Assembly (NCBI RefSeq): GCF_000143415.4 | Contig: NW_003314280.1 | Span: 558,001 to 622,000, forward strand | Direction of reading: 5' to 3' | DNA: 64,000 nt | Source of the DNA: Selaginella moellendorffii | Lineage: Eukaryota; Plantae; Lycopodiophyta | Shown: positions 1 to 9,559 of the stretch, one piece after another | Layout of the letters: every line of letters begins with the position of its first letter | Numbering within the stretch: the stretch's first letter is position 1 | Notes under the pieces: generated by a model | What the model saw: only the letters and a program-made list of their open reading frames with translations | What the model was told of the DNA's origin: nothing | The model's database searches: none | Made by a program: the position numbers and the translations under genes

Positions 1-1914
1 GCGTTCTTCTCGAAGAAGCTGGACAAGGCTCAACGGAAGTGGCCTGCCCATGAGAAGGAATTGTTTGCGGTGGTCAAGGCACTCAAGGAGTGGCGACACT
101 ACCTTGGGAGACACTTCAAGGTTTACACGGACAATGTGGCGACGAAACACTTCTTGTCACAGCCCGACCTAAGAGGGAAACAAGGTCGGTGGGCCAATGC
201 CTTGGCCGAGTTTGATTGCGAAATTCTGTACAAGCCTGGGAAGAGCAACATCGTGGCGGATGCGCTAAGTCGAAAAGCGAGCTTGAAGTTGGCAATATCC
301 AGCGCAACAGCAACCTTCTGGGACGATGTGCGGACAGCATATGAGAATGATGGTCTAGCACAAGAAGTGTTGCTGAGGAATCTAGAGGCGCGGGAAGCTC
401 ACCAGAGAGGTGAGCTGCCAACGGAAGAGAAAACGGGCTATGCGGAACGCAACGGACTCATTTATTACAAGCAAACGAGGGTGTATGTTCCAGAAGGGGA
501 ACTAAGGAAGGTGGCCTTAGAAGAGTGTCATGACGGACCTCTTGCGGGACACGGCGGAGTGCCCAAGACGATGGGCTTACTCAAGAGGAAGTACCATTGG
601 CCAGATATGGCTAAGGACGTCCAAGACTATGTAAAGACATGTCCAACATGTCAGCAGGTCAAAGCCGTGACTAAGGCTAGTGGGGGCTTGTTACAAAGCA
701 TCCCAATTCCAGATCGCCCGTGGAAATGTCTTACGATGGACTTCATCACGGGACTACCCCCAAGCGAGGGGTTTGATGCGATATTCGTGGTGGTGGACCG
801 ATTTTCAAAGATGGCACATTTCATACCCACCACAACGGACGTGGATGCGGAAGGTGTGGCGAAGCTGTTCTTTGAACAAGTGGTTCGAGTGCGGGGAAGG
901 CCGGAAGAGATTATCTCAGATCGAGATAAGATCTTCACTAGTAGGTTCTGGAGGACACTCCTAGAACAGTATCGCACCAAATTGAAATTCAGCACAGCCT
1001 ATCACCCACAGACAGGTAATGGGTATTAAGTCAAGATTGATGGCACTAACACTTCTTGACAGACGGACGAACGGAAAGGGTGAATAGGCAGCTGGAGGAT
1101 TATTTGCGATGCTATGTCTCGGGAGACCAGACCGACTGGGTAAGTCATTTGGGACTTGCGGAAATGTGTTATAACAACTCACCACACTCAAGCATCGGGG
1201 TGAGTCCATGGGAAGTCATCAATGGGCGAGCTATTGAAGGTCCTGTGGAACTCGGCGTGGCCGAGTATCATGGAGAGTTGCCCGCGGTGGAGGCATTCAC
1301 GGCGGAAAGACTCAACATTTGGAATCTAGTGAGGGATTCCTTGGAACGGGCTCAACAAAGGCAAACCAAATACGCGAACCAGAAGCGTCGGGATGTAGAG
1401 TTCCAAGCTGGGGAGAAGGTGTGGCTGAACACCAAGAACCTCAGACTACCAAGTGGGATCAGCCGAAAGTTGACCCAAAGGTAAAGATGCATGTATTCCC
1501 GTAAATGAATTGATCTTGAGTTCCTTAAGCAGGTTCGCGGGGCCTTACGAGATTGAGGCACGAATCGGTAAAGTGGCTTACCGACTCCGACTTCCTCGAG
1601 AGATGGGGAAGATGCACCCAGTGTTCCACGTGAACTTACTCAAGCCGTACTTTGAGGATCCGCTTCGCAAGGACCAAGTGAGACCTTTACCTGAGGTTAT
1701 CCAAGGGGAAGAGGAATACGAAGTCGAGGCCATCCTCAATGCGCGCAAGAGCAAGCGACAAGGACGCGAGGTGAGAGAGTTCCATGTGAAGTGGAAAGGA
1801 TTTCTACACTGCGAAGCAACATGGGAACCGGAGGAGAACCTAGCAAACGCACGAGATCTAGTGGAGGAATTTCTGCAAGGCAGAACTTTATGTACTTATG
1901 CAAAATTCAATTAA
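1..1914 (+). CDS. pol polyprotein C-terminal part, continuous after splicing: exons <1-1015, 1063-1480, 1533-1914
   Basis: ORFs 61-1029, 1056-1484 and 1510-1914 join in frame when two GT-AG segments are removed, restoring AYHPQTDGRTERVN and RKLTQRFAGPY; no other stops or frameshifts. Confidence 0.9.
1016..1062 (+). other. 47-nt spliceosomal-type intron in integrase core
   Basis: ACAG|GTAATG...GCACTAACACTTCTTGACAG|AC; CTAAC branch-like motif; removal restores Q-T-D-G. Confidence 0.85.
1481..1532 (+). other. 52-nt spliceosomal-type intron before the GPY motif of integrase
   Basis: CAAAG|GTAAAG...TTCCTTAAGCAG|GTTC; removal restores Q-R-F-A-G-P-Y. Confidence 0.85.
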
Positions 1915-1978
1915 AAATATCAATTTGCAAAGTTGAGCAAATGGCATATGTTGGGACCCGAAGGCGCGCCAAAGGTAA

Positions 1979-2296
1979 GCTAATTAGCATGGGTTGGATA
2001 GGTCGACCAGGCGTAGGGCACTACGCCCGACTCCCCGCGGGGATGTCGAATCCGTAGACGTATTCTACGGAGGTTGGGTTCGAGTCCCAACCCCCTAGTA
2101 AAGCAAGGCTGGGTTCAAGTCCCGACCCTATACTAGGGCGTGGTGAAGTGAGGAATATAGGGACACCTATATTCCGTTGTCATGGGCTCTTGGCCGGGGA
2201 GGCTAACTTAGGCACACCGCTAAGTGGGGGGATGCCCCCGGAGACATGGACAACAAGTCGTAGGATAAAACGAGACGTTCGATGTGGGCATCGAAC
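1979..2296 (+). other. Array of consecutive stem-loops in the retroelement 3'UTR, two with tRNA T-loop/B-box sequence
   Basis: Stems GGCGTAG/CTACGCC (2010-2027), TCCGTAGA/TCTACGGA (2051-2071), GGTTGGG-TTCGAGT-CCCAACC (2072-2092), GGG-TTCAAGT-CCC (2111-2123), CCCTA/TAGGG (2126-2138), GGAATATAGG/CCTATATTCC (2152-2175), GTTCGATG/CATCGAAC (2277-2296). Confidence 0.75.
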
Positions 2297-2303
2297 TTCT
2301 TCT

Positions 2304-2317
2304 ATGGGTGGTGGAGT
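2304..2317 (+). promoter_or_regulatory. Polypurine tract
   Basis: ATGGGTGGTGGAGT directly before the LTR TG. Confidence 0.75.
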
Positions 2318-3464
2318 TGTAAGGAACCGACTCCCCGAGATGTCGTAGGCTAAAGGATCCCCAAAAGCTTGACCGAAATGACAAAGAGTTCATCGGATGG
2401 GACCAAGTCGAGGATCGAGTCCAAGACCGACTCTAGGACCGAGTTCGAGATAGAGTCCGGAATCGAGTCCGAGACCGACTCGGGGACCGAGTTCGAGTCC
2501 GAGTTCGAGACCGAGTTCGAGACAGAGTCTGGATCCGAAATCGGGTCCGAGACCGAGTCCGAGGTCGAGTCCGAGGTCGGGTCCGAGGTCGGGTCCGAGA
2601 TCGAGTCTGTGATCGAGTCCGAACCCGAATCCGAAGTCGGATCCGAAATCGGGTCCGAGATCGAGCCAGAGACTAAGTCCAAATACTAATACGGGTCAAG
2701 GGGTGAAAGCCCAAAGCGTGCGTCTCCCAGGGGGGGGGGGCTGCAGGGGGTTCCAAAAGTATAGTAGGGATAGTGAGGTCCAGGAACCAGTTTAGAAGGG
2801 ACTCTCCAGTTGGGCTTCCAAACCGACTTGAGGTTGGGACTGGGACCGAGGGGCCTTGGGTGGGAGTGAGCATGGACTTGGCTGGTGCCGGAGGGGCCAT
2901 CCAAGGAAGTGCTCAAGAGCAGCTCCCACTCCCGAAAGGGAAACCGATTGCGGTGCTCCCGGCTCAGGTGGAGTGGTGCCCCACTTGAGTACCTTGTGGC
3001 TCATTGGTCCTCGCCCTTCCGGGGGCTTGGGCCTTTCCTTCGGGATGGAAGAGGGGGGGTAGAGGTACCCATACCGGGCCGTTAGGCCACGGTGTTTCGC
3101 CCCGACGTCCCGAAGCAAGTGCTGCTCCCAAGGCTTGGGATTTAGAGGGTCCCATGATCAAGCCTTGTGATACCTTGGGGTGTTAGGAATCTGGAGGCTT
3201 GGTGTGCTTGGTTGCTTGTGCCTGCGGGGAGTGTAGCCGAACCTTAAGTCCAGTCTAACCCGGGGAGGGGGATTGGGAGAGATTTGGGAATCCGTAGATG
3301 GATGGCTAACACTCCGTTGCTCGTGCAGTAAGTAGTTGAAACCAAGTAGGAGCTGGCACCATAAGCGAGAACCTTGGCGAGGGAACTTAGCACAAGCCAA
3401 GGCGGAGTTGGTCGGATAGGCGAGGTAAGCTGGCAAATTGGAAAGGAAAAATTTGTGGCTTACA
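2318..3464 (+). repeat. 3' LTR (about 1147 bp)
   Basis: Inverted termini TGTAAG...CTTACA after the PPT; 3' end resembles the LTR ends at 10977 and 13706. Confidence 0.9.
2400..2680. repeat. Degenerate 6/12-bp tandem repeat (GAGTCCGAGA(T/C)C) inside the LTR
   Basis: Visible periodicity; source of the E/S- and D/S-rich ORFs. Confidence 0.9.
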
Positions 3465-4680
3465 ATAAGACATTGTCACTTGATTGAGAAGTTATGTACA
3501 CCTTTCTATTAGCCAGAAATGCACTGTAATGTTATCCAGTATATACATAATTGCGTTTGGTGCCAAGCTCCTATTACTCCCCCTCATGCTATGGAAGGAT
3601 GGTTGGAATTAATTACAATTTCCCATTCGTTTGAGTTAGTGGCATTTGATTTGATGGGACCTTTTCCATAATTGACTGTTGGTAATAAGTATGTCATTAT
3701 TGCTTTTAACTTCTAGCATTCTTGTCCGAAGCGGATTCTTTCGGATAATGGTCCTGCATTTATAACTGAGGCATTTCACGTTTTGACATCTCAGTTGGGG
3801 ATACGCCACAATTTTACAAGTGCTTATCATCTGCAGTTAAATAGTATGGTGGAACAACTCATTTAGACCTCCAAAAAGACGATTGCAAAGTACGTGAATT
3901 TTCAATATTCGGATTAGGATGATTATTTGCCATCTCTTTGGTATGTATATGTCACAGAGGTGTAGAATTCAATTGGTGCTTCTCCATATAAATTTTATGT
4001 GGTCATGATCTAATATTGCCAACAGAGTTGGGTTTATCTTCATGATTGCTACAAGCTACTAATACTAGGTTAAATATTTAACAAGCATTCTTCCACTTGT
4101 CCGAGCAGAGTTTGTCAAACACCTGAACTGCATACAAATGGGACAACAACAGTGTTACAACTCCCATAATTGTCCACTTGTGGAGTATAAAATAATTTGT
4201 TTTCCCCATCTTATAATATGTGGTTTATTTAAGGGGCTCTTTGCTCAATGGAAAGGACTATATCAGGTGTTGTGGCAAGTTGGACTGCAAGTTTATGAGG
4301 TTTGGCATGATGTCTAACAAGCTGATCCTCTAGAAATTGTGCATGTGCAACAGCTGAAATGTTTCGTACAAAGGGGTCAAGAACAATTGACACCACCTAT
4401 AGATCCATAGATGCCTCCTTCTAATGTTCCTTCAGTTCCCAGCTTATCCACGAGAGAACCCTCACAGTCCTCCATCATTCTGAGAGGAAGGGATAATGTG
4501 AAGTCTAAGTGTATAACTACAATGCCAAATGTTAGTATTAGTATAATGGGATTTTGGTAGCTATCAGATTGGTTTCAATCTAGACCATTCGCTCATGTAT
4601 ATAAGCTAAAGATTTTGGGTTAATTCTTGTATTCTCTTTCCATATTCAATGCACTCATAATATGTTAAACTTGCATAACA
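3465..4680 (+). mobile_element. Decayed Ty3/gypsy integrase relic with PPT and short LTR (about 4497-4680), interrupted by the young element
   Basis: FELVAFDLMGPFP*LTVGNKYVII, ILSDNGPAF, FTSAYHLQLNSMVE, with stops; GAGAGGAAGGGATAA then TG...CA. Confidence 0.75.
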
Positions 4681-4849
4681 AGCACAGAAGTTTTTTTTCT
4701 TTATCGTAAACCCTCTTATGTAAAAACATTAGTTCTTTTGGGGCTGTTCATCATATATATAGCTAAGCACCTAGCACTGCGAGTATTTTGCTGGCTGCAC
4801 AAGTGATGGATTGCACTAGGGCATCACAATTTAAGCACTCTGCCATGGA

Positions 4850-5550
4850 ATTCTGAAAAATAACATACTTAATTGTTTCTACCTAGAACTTTTGTGAAGT
4901 GTTAGAGAAGGTCCATAATGGTATGAATCTTGCACTCTGCCACCCCATTATGTTGGGTTGTATATAAACTGGCACTAGATTTTAATATAATTTTTTGATA
5001 ATTGAGTTTTTGGGAACAAATGCTATTGAAAGCATGATTCACAAGTTTAACACCATTGGTCATGTTAATGTCTTGATTTGATAACTAATATAGTTTTAGA
5101 CCAAGGCTTTCCAATCTATAAAACAATCAAAGAAATCAGATTTCTTCTTCTAAGATCATCTATGAAAGTCAGAAAATACTTAATGTTCTTGAAGGATAGA
5201 GCTTGCACTAAACCACAAATATCAATATGGATAAACTCAAGTAAATTGTTTACTCAACTTCCAATTGTCTTAAAACATTGACAAAAGTGTTTTTCAAGCT
5301 TATAGAGCAAGAATTACTTCATAAAATACATCATGGAGCAAGAATTAGCTCATAAAATACATCCAAACCATTCACCATGTTCCTTAAGGTGGAATTCCCA
5401 AACAATAATGAGCAAGGGCTAAGCAGTTTATGCCATAATCACATGTGCTTTTACTAATAAATAGTTGGTAAACTCCTTGTGCTTAAGTCAGTATAGATTT
5501 CCTTCCTAAGAGCTATATTAACCATGTCATGACTTTGTGCATTTGAATAA
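4850..5550 (-). mobile_element. Decayed Ty1/copia integrase relic
   Basis: Minus strand LEFIHIDICGLVQALSFKNIKYFLTFIDD and YTTQHNGVAECKIHTIMD, matching copia motifs. Confidence 0.75.
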
Positions 5551-5657
5551 CACAAATTGATGATCAAAGTATCTAGTAATAATTTTATTATCAACTTTTA
5601 TTAACCATAACAGACGCATGTAACCAAGTACAGGCAAAACAACTTGCAGGGCTGCTT

Positions 5658-6672
5658 CTAGTGAAACTCGCAATCGTCACTGAGATCTCGATGCCAAATT
5701 TTAGCTGCAAACTCGTCCACGTCAGGGACGCATGTGTTTCCTTTGTAAACACCGGGTGGATCCTCCCACTTAATTAGCGGGTCTGGATCCTCAACCAGAA
5801 ATGCCATCATCTGCCTTCCCCGAATGACGGTGCCCTCCACTATTCCAATCACCATCAGGATGTCCTCGTCGTTGGGCGGATAGAACCTCCAAGTCACCGC
5901 CGGCGCGATGTTCCTAGGAAAGGCCAGGTCTCTAAACAAGAAAGAAAAAGAGGAAAGAAAAGATACCGAACGTCCGTAACCTTGCAGAACTTGTTGCCAG
6001 TTTTGTCCTCCTGAAACAGTGAACGAAAAACTAAAAACCTTCCTGATTTCCAAACTCTCACGCCATACCTGTGGCTCTCCAACTTGAAGATCCGAATCGC
6101 CTGGAGGCGGGAGGTGTCGGGTAACGGTAGCTCGAAACAGCCTCCTCACACCGTCCTTGACCTGCGCATGGTTCACCACACTCTGATCGCGATGCCAGAT
6201 GCGAGCTACAAACGCATCCACGTCGGGGATGCATGTCTCCGAAAATCGAACTTTGGGACGAAGAAGCGGCTCGGGATCATCGATCAGGTAAGCGACCCTG
6301 ACCATTCCCGGAATCTCGCAATCCATTATTCCCAGCACGAGCAGCACCCCGTCCGCGTTGGGTGGATAGAACCTCCAGATGACCCGTATCATACGAATCT
6401 TCCTGCTTACACACAATTCTCTTTTTATTAAAGCGAGAGAGATAGACAGAGAGAGTCAAACAAACCTGGTGTCGGTAACAAGGCAGAATTTGTTCCCACG
6501 TTTATCAGCCTGATCATAGAAAACCAGTCAATCTGAGATGAGGAAAAGGCAAAAATCAGGAGACCTGTAGCTGCCCAACTTGTAGATCCGAGTCGTTTGG
6601 AAGAGGGTGAAAAGAGGTGTCTTGCGCTCGCGCAAATAACCTCCTCACTGCGTCCTTCGCCTGCACCTCCAT
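5658..6672 (-). CDS. Orphan protein (about 267 aa) made of two tandem homologous domains; exons 6672-6565, 6509-6466, 6402-6069, 6010-5967, 5931-5658
   Basis: All introns GT-AG and frame-preserving; each half has KDxVRRLF...DSDLQVG, GNKFCxVTD (44-nt exon), WRFYPPN, DPxPL and TCxPDVDxFxAxIWHRD. Confidence 0.8.
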
Positions 6673-7553
6673 GGCCCTATTGCCGAATTGCCCTAACGTT
6701 ATAGCTTCAGGGAAAACTTCCGCTTTGCTGGCGTACTGTGAGCCGTTGGATAGAGAAAGTTTTCTAGTCCCTTTGACGACTAATTGTTTCCTTTGATTGC
6801 TTTTAGCTTTTCGTGCTGGGTGATCAGTAATAAAAAGAGACAAGAAATTTCGTTTAACACAGCTATCGAAAATACTTTAGTGGCCTGATGGTCTTATTTG
6901 AGCTGATCAGCACAGGTGGACTCAGCGGGTCCACGGAGATCAATGTTGCAAACAAGCACTTCCGGTGGAGCCAAAAGCCATGGATGATCCAGGGAGCCTG
7001 TTAAAGAGGCTGAGGCTGCTGAGCTTACACGGCGGAAAGATGCTGGTGCTCAACTTACGGCCGCTCTACATGGAAAATTGGAGTTAAACCATTGTCCACC
7101 GAAAAGTTTATGGGCTTTCCGCCTTCCTATGACATAAAGCAATGAGAGTCCAAAGGCATTTTAGTAGCTACTACGCACCACAACACAAGCTTCCAGCTGA
7201 GAAATAAGATCATGTTAACATTCCAACTTGCTGAGCTTCCCACCAATCCACGGCAGCTGATGGAATCTTATCAACGGCAAACACTGACATCGGCATAAGA
7301 TCTGATCGTGATTGGTTCATTATCTCCTCTCGAGCAGCCAAGGAAGCGGTCCTGCAGAAGACTTTACGTAAGAATTGAAGCTTTAGCACCTGTTTCGACA
7401 CGATCGAAGGCCCTAAGGAAGACTCCTAGCTTGAGAGACGAACTGATTGGCACTAGAGCAAAATTTTCGGGCAGTGCCAAGCGAGAGCAAGTCCTGAAGC
7501 ATGTTATCCACAAACGTCCGTTATATGTTGTACTACCTTGATTCTTTCCCACT

Positions 7554-9021
7554 TTAGCAAACAGTCATCTTAACCAGCATGGAGTCTGTCACAGCATACA
7601 CTTCATCGTACACCGAGCTAAAAACACCATCGTGTAGCTCACCTGTGGATCCTATGACAGAGCAGAAAAGGATATCTCCGCCACAAGTCCGTGGAGCTTT
7701 CTTGCAAGCCTCCAGAACACCAAGCAGAGCAACGCTGACACATCCGACATCACTGTCAAGCCGTCCCTTGTTCTCCTCGACGAATTCGTACCAATATTTG
7801 CTGCCACAACCGATAGAGAGCAGAGGCCCTTCCTGTATTGCTCCTGTGTGATGGATCACGAACGCTCCAATGGTTCCGTCGAGCTTCCTTGCGGTGACTA
7901 TTGCTGCTACCTCAAAACTGCCTCCCTTCCTTTCCACGTGCGTCTCTTGCAACAGCTCCACCATCACAGCTTGAGCTCCCCTGCTCATGCTCCCATAAGG
8001 ATCTGCTTTGTCGAAATGCTCACTCTCCACTACTTCATGCAGCCTTGGAAACAATCTCTGACCCCACTTCCACTTTCCAGCGATCCCCACAAACACCTTG
8101 TGCTCCTCCGATACAAGCCTAAACTTAACTGCTCGTTTAACTGATTTTGCCGGGTCAGGGAACGATGCTAGTGACTCGCTGCAGAGGACAAGCCCCTTCG
8201 GCATGACGATGGCCGCTATACAAGACCCCAAGGCGAATTGGCGAGCACTGATAGCGTCGAAAATCATGCTGCATAGTAGGCAGAGAATCTGCAGAAAGAC
8301 ACTCTCTTAAGAGGAAAAGAAACGAGAGGATCCTCACCTCAAAACTTATAACGATCAGAGCAATCCACTTGCATAACTTGGCATTTTGCTCCACAAACTT
8401 TCTGATGTTGTCGATTTCACCCATGGGATCATTTGGCAAGTCCTGGATATAAACGAGCCATAAGAACAAGGGAAAAGGCTGGACAAGATAGTTACCTGTT
8501 CCCATGACTTGTCAAAGAAAATGAAGGCCACAAGAGACGATTGAAGCAAGAGTAAACTTACAAAGACTATAGACGACTGGTAAAAAGTCCAAGTAACGAT
8601 AGTTGACTTAAAGATATTAGAAACGAAATGGGACTTACGCAGCACAGGCAGCGGCCTCTCAGAGCTTGGGCCCCAACGCATCCAATTAAGCACAGGCAAA
8701 TTCCCACTCCCATGAAAACATACTCAAACCTATAGAAAAAAACACCACACGATTAAAATCATAAAACAAGCAATAAAAATTATATACCATGGAACGGGGA
8801 GAGAGAACTCCAGCGCTATCACTCGAAGCAGATCAGATCGAGAAATCGGACTGCATCCATCGTTGTCCCCGTGCTTCAGGAGCTGATCGATCATCCACAT
8901 TGTATAGAGGATTGCACCTACACGAACAACAGCAGTCGATAAAGCATCCACATTGGATCATACCTAGCCCGATGAGGAACAGGAGCTTGACGACGATCTG
9001 GAGGTATCCCCGGCATTTCAT
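7554..9021 (-). CDS. Chimeric TOM2A/TET18-19-like four-TM protein fused to a proteasome-beta-like (Ntn) domain, about 399 aa; exons 9021-8964, 8917-8788, 8729-8639, 8576-8496, 8442-8338, 8288-7554
   Basis: MKCRGYLQ...LPVPWFEYVFMGVG...GRCLCC...AFIFFDKSWEQDLPNDPMG...KWIAL matches the TOM2A family; last exon ILCLLCSMIF runs into G-SCIAAIV..GLVLCSES..K..GIAG..IGCGSKY..TCGGDI; telo-box AAACCCTAA at 9047-9055. Confidence 0.82.
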
Positions 9022-9559
9022 CTTGCGCGGAGCTCTGGATTGCCCTAAACCCTAATCTTGGATTTTCATTTTCATGTTTTTCCCGCCATTTCCTTGCAAG
9101 CGTCTAGGGTTTATGGAGAAGGAAGAAAAGTAAATAGTCACTTTTTTCTAAATCATTTGAAAGCTTCTTTGTAACAAAAATTTTACTGAGGACCTTTTTC
9201 CTTCTGCATAGATGGAAACTAAAGAACTCACCATTAAAATGTTATCACTCAATGTCCAAACATTTATGCTTTTAAAAAGTCTTGTTTACTACTCTAGAAC
9301 TCATGAAGCTAGTGGATTGATGAGAAACATAAAATCTTTTAGACAATTATGAATTGAACTTTTATTTGTTGCTTAGATAGAGATTAATATTATATATAAA
9401 CATAACAAGTCATCCTCAAGATTTCTTCAAAGAAATGTTTGATATTTAGGTATAATTAAGGCATTTTTTAGCCTTAACCACCGTTTCACACCCTCAAACA
9501 TACACTCACATGCCCGCAATTCCATGCTTATAATTCCAAGCTTAAGCATAAGAGAAAAA

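Larger units (their letters stand above)
1..3464 (+). mobile_element. Ty3/gypsy chromovirus LTR retrotransposon, 3' part (RNase H, integrase, chromodomain, 3'UTR, PPT, 3' LTR); 5' part lies outside the window
   Basis: RNase H (YTDN, KPGKSNIVADALSR), integrase H2C2 (HDGPLAGHGG...CPTCQ), DDE core (MDFITGLP, ISDRD, TERVN), GPY motif, chromodomain (EEYEVEAILN...FHVKWKG...ATWEPEENL); PPT then LTR TGTAAG...CTTACA. Confidence 0.97.

Noticed and set aside
1016-1062. Programmed ribosomal frameshift as the explanation for the split integrase ORFs
   Set aside because: About 50 extra non-homologous bases with in-frame stops and GT-AG ends interrupt conserved motifs; a frameshift would not remove them
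2060-2140. tRNA gene
   Set aside because: Only T-arm-like hairpins; no acceptor, D or anticodon arms
2350-2689. D/S- and E/S-rich ORFs
   Set aside because: Translations of the 12-bp LTR minisatellite, open on both strands
7210-7552. Short ORFs downstream of the fusion gene
   Set aside because: No recognisable motifs or consistent splice structure
7554-8267. Canonical stand-alone 20S proteasome beta subunit starting at ATG 8267
   Set aside because: Too divergent and intronless, and that Met lies within the fourth TM exon of the upstream TOM2A-like gene
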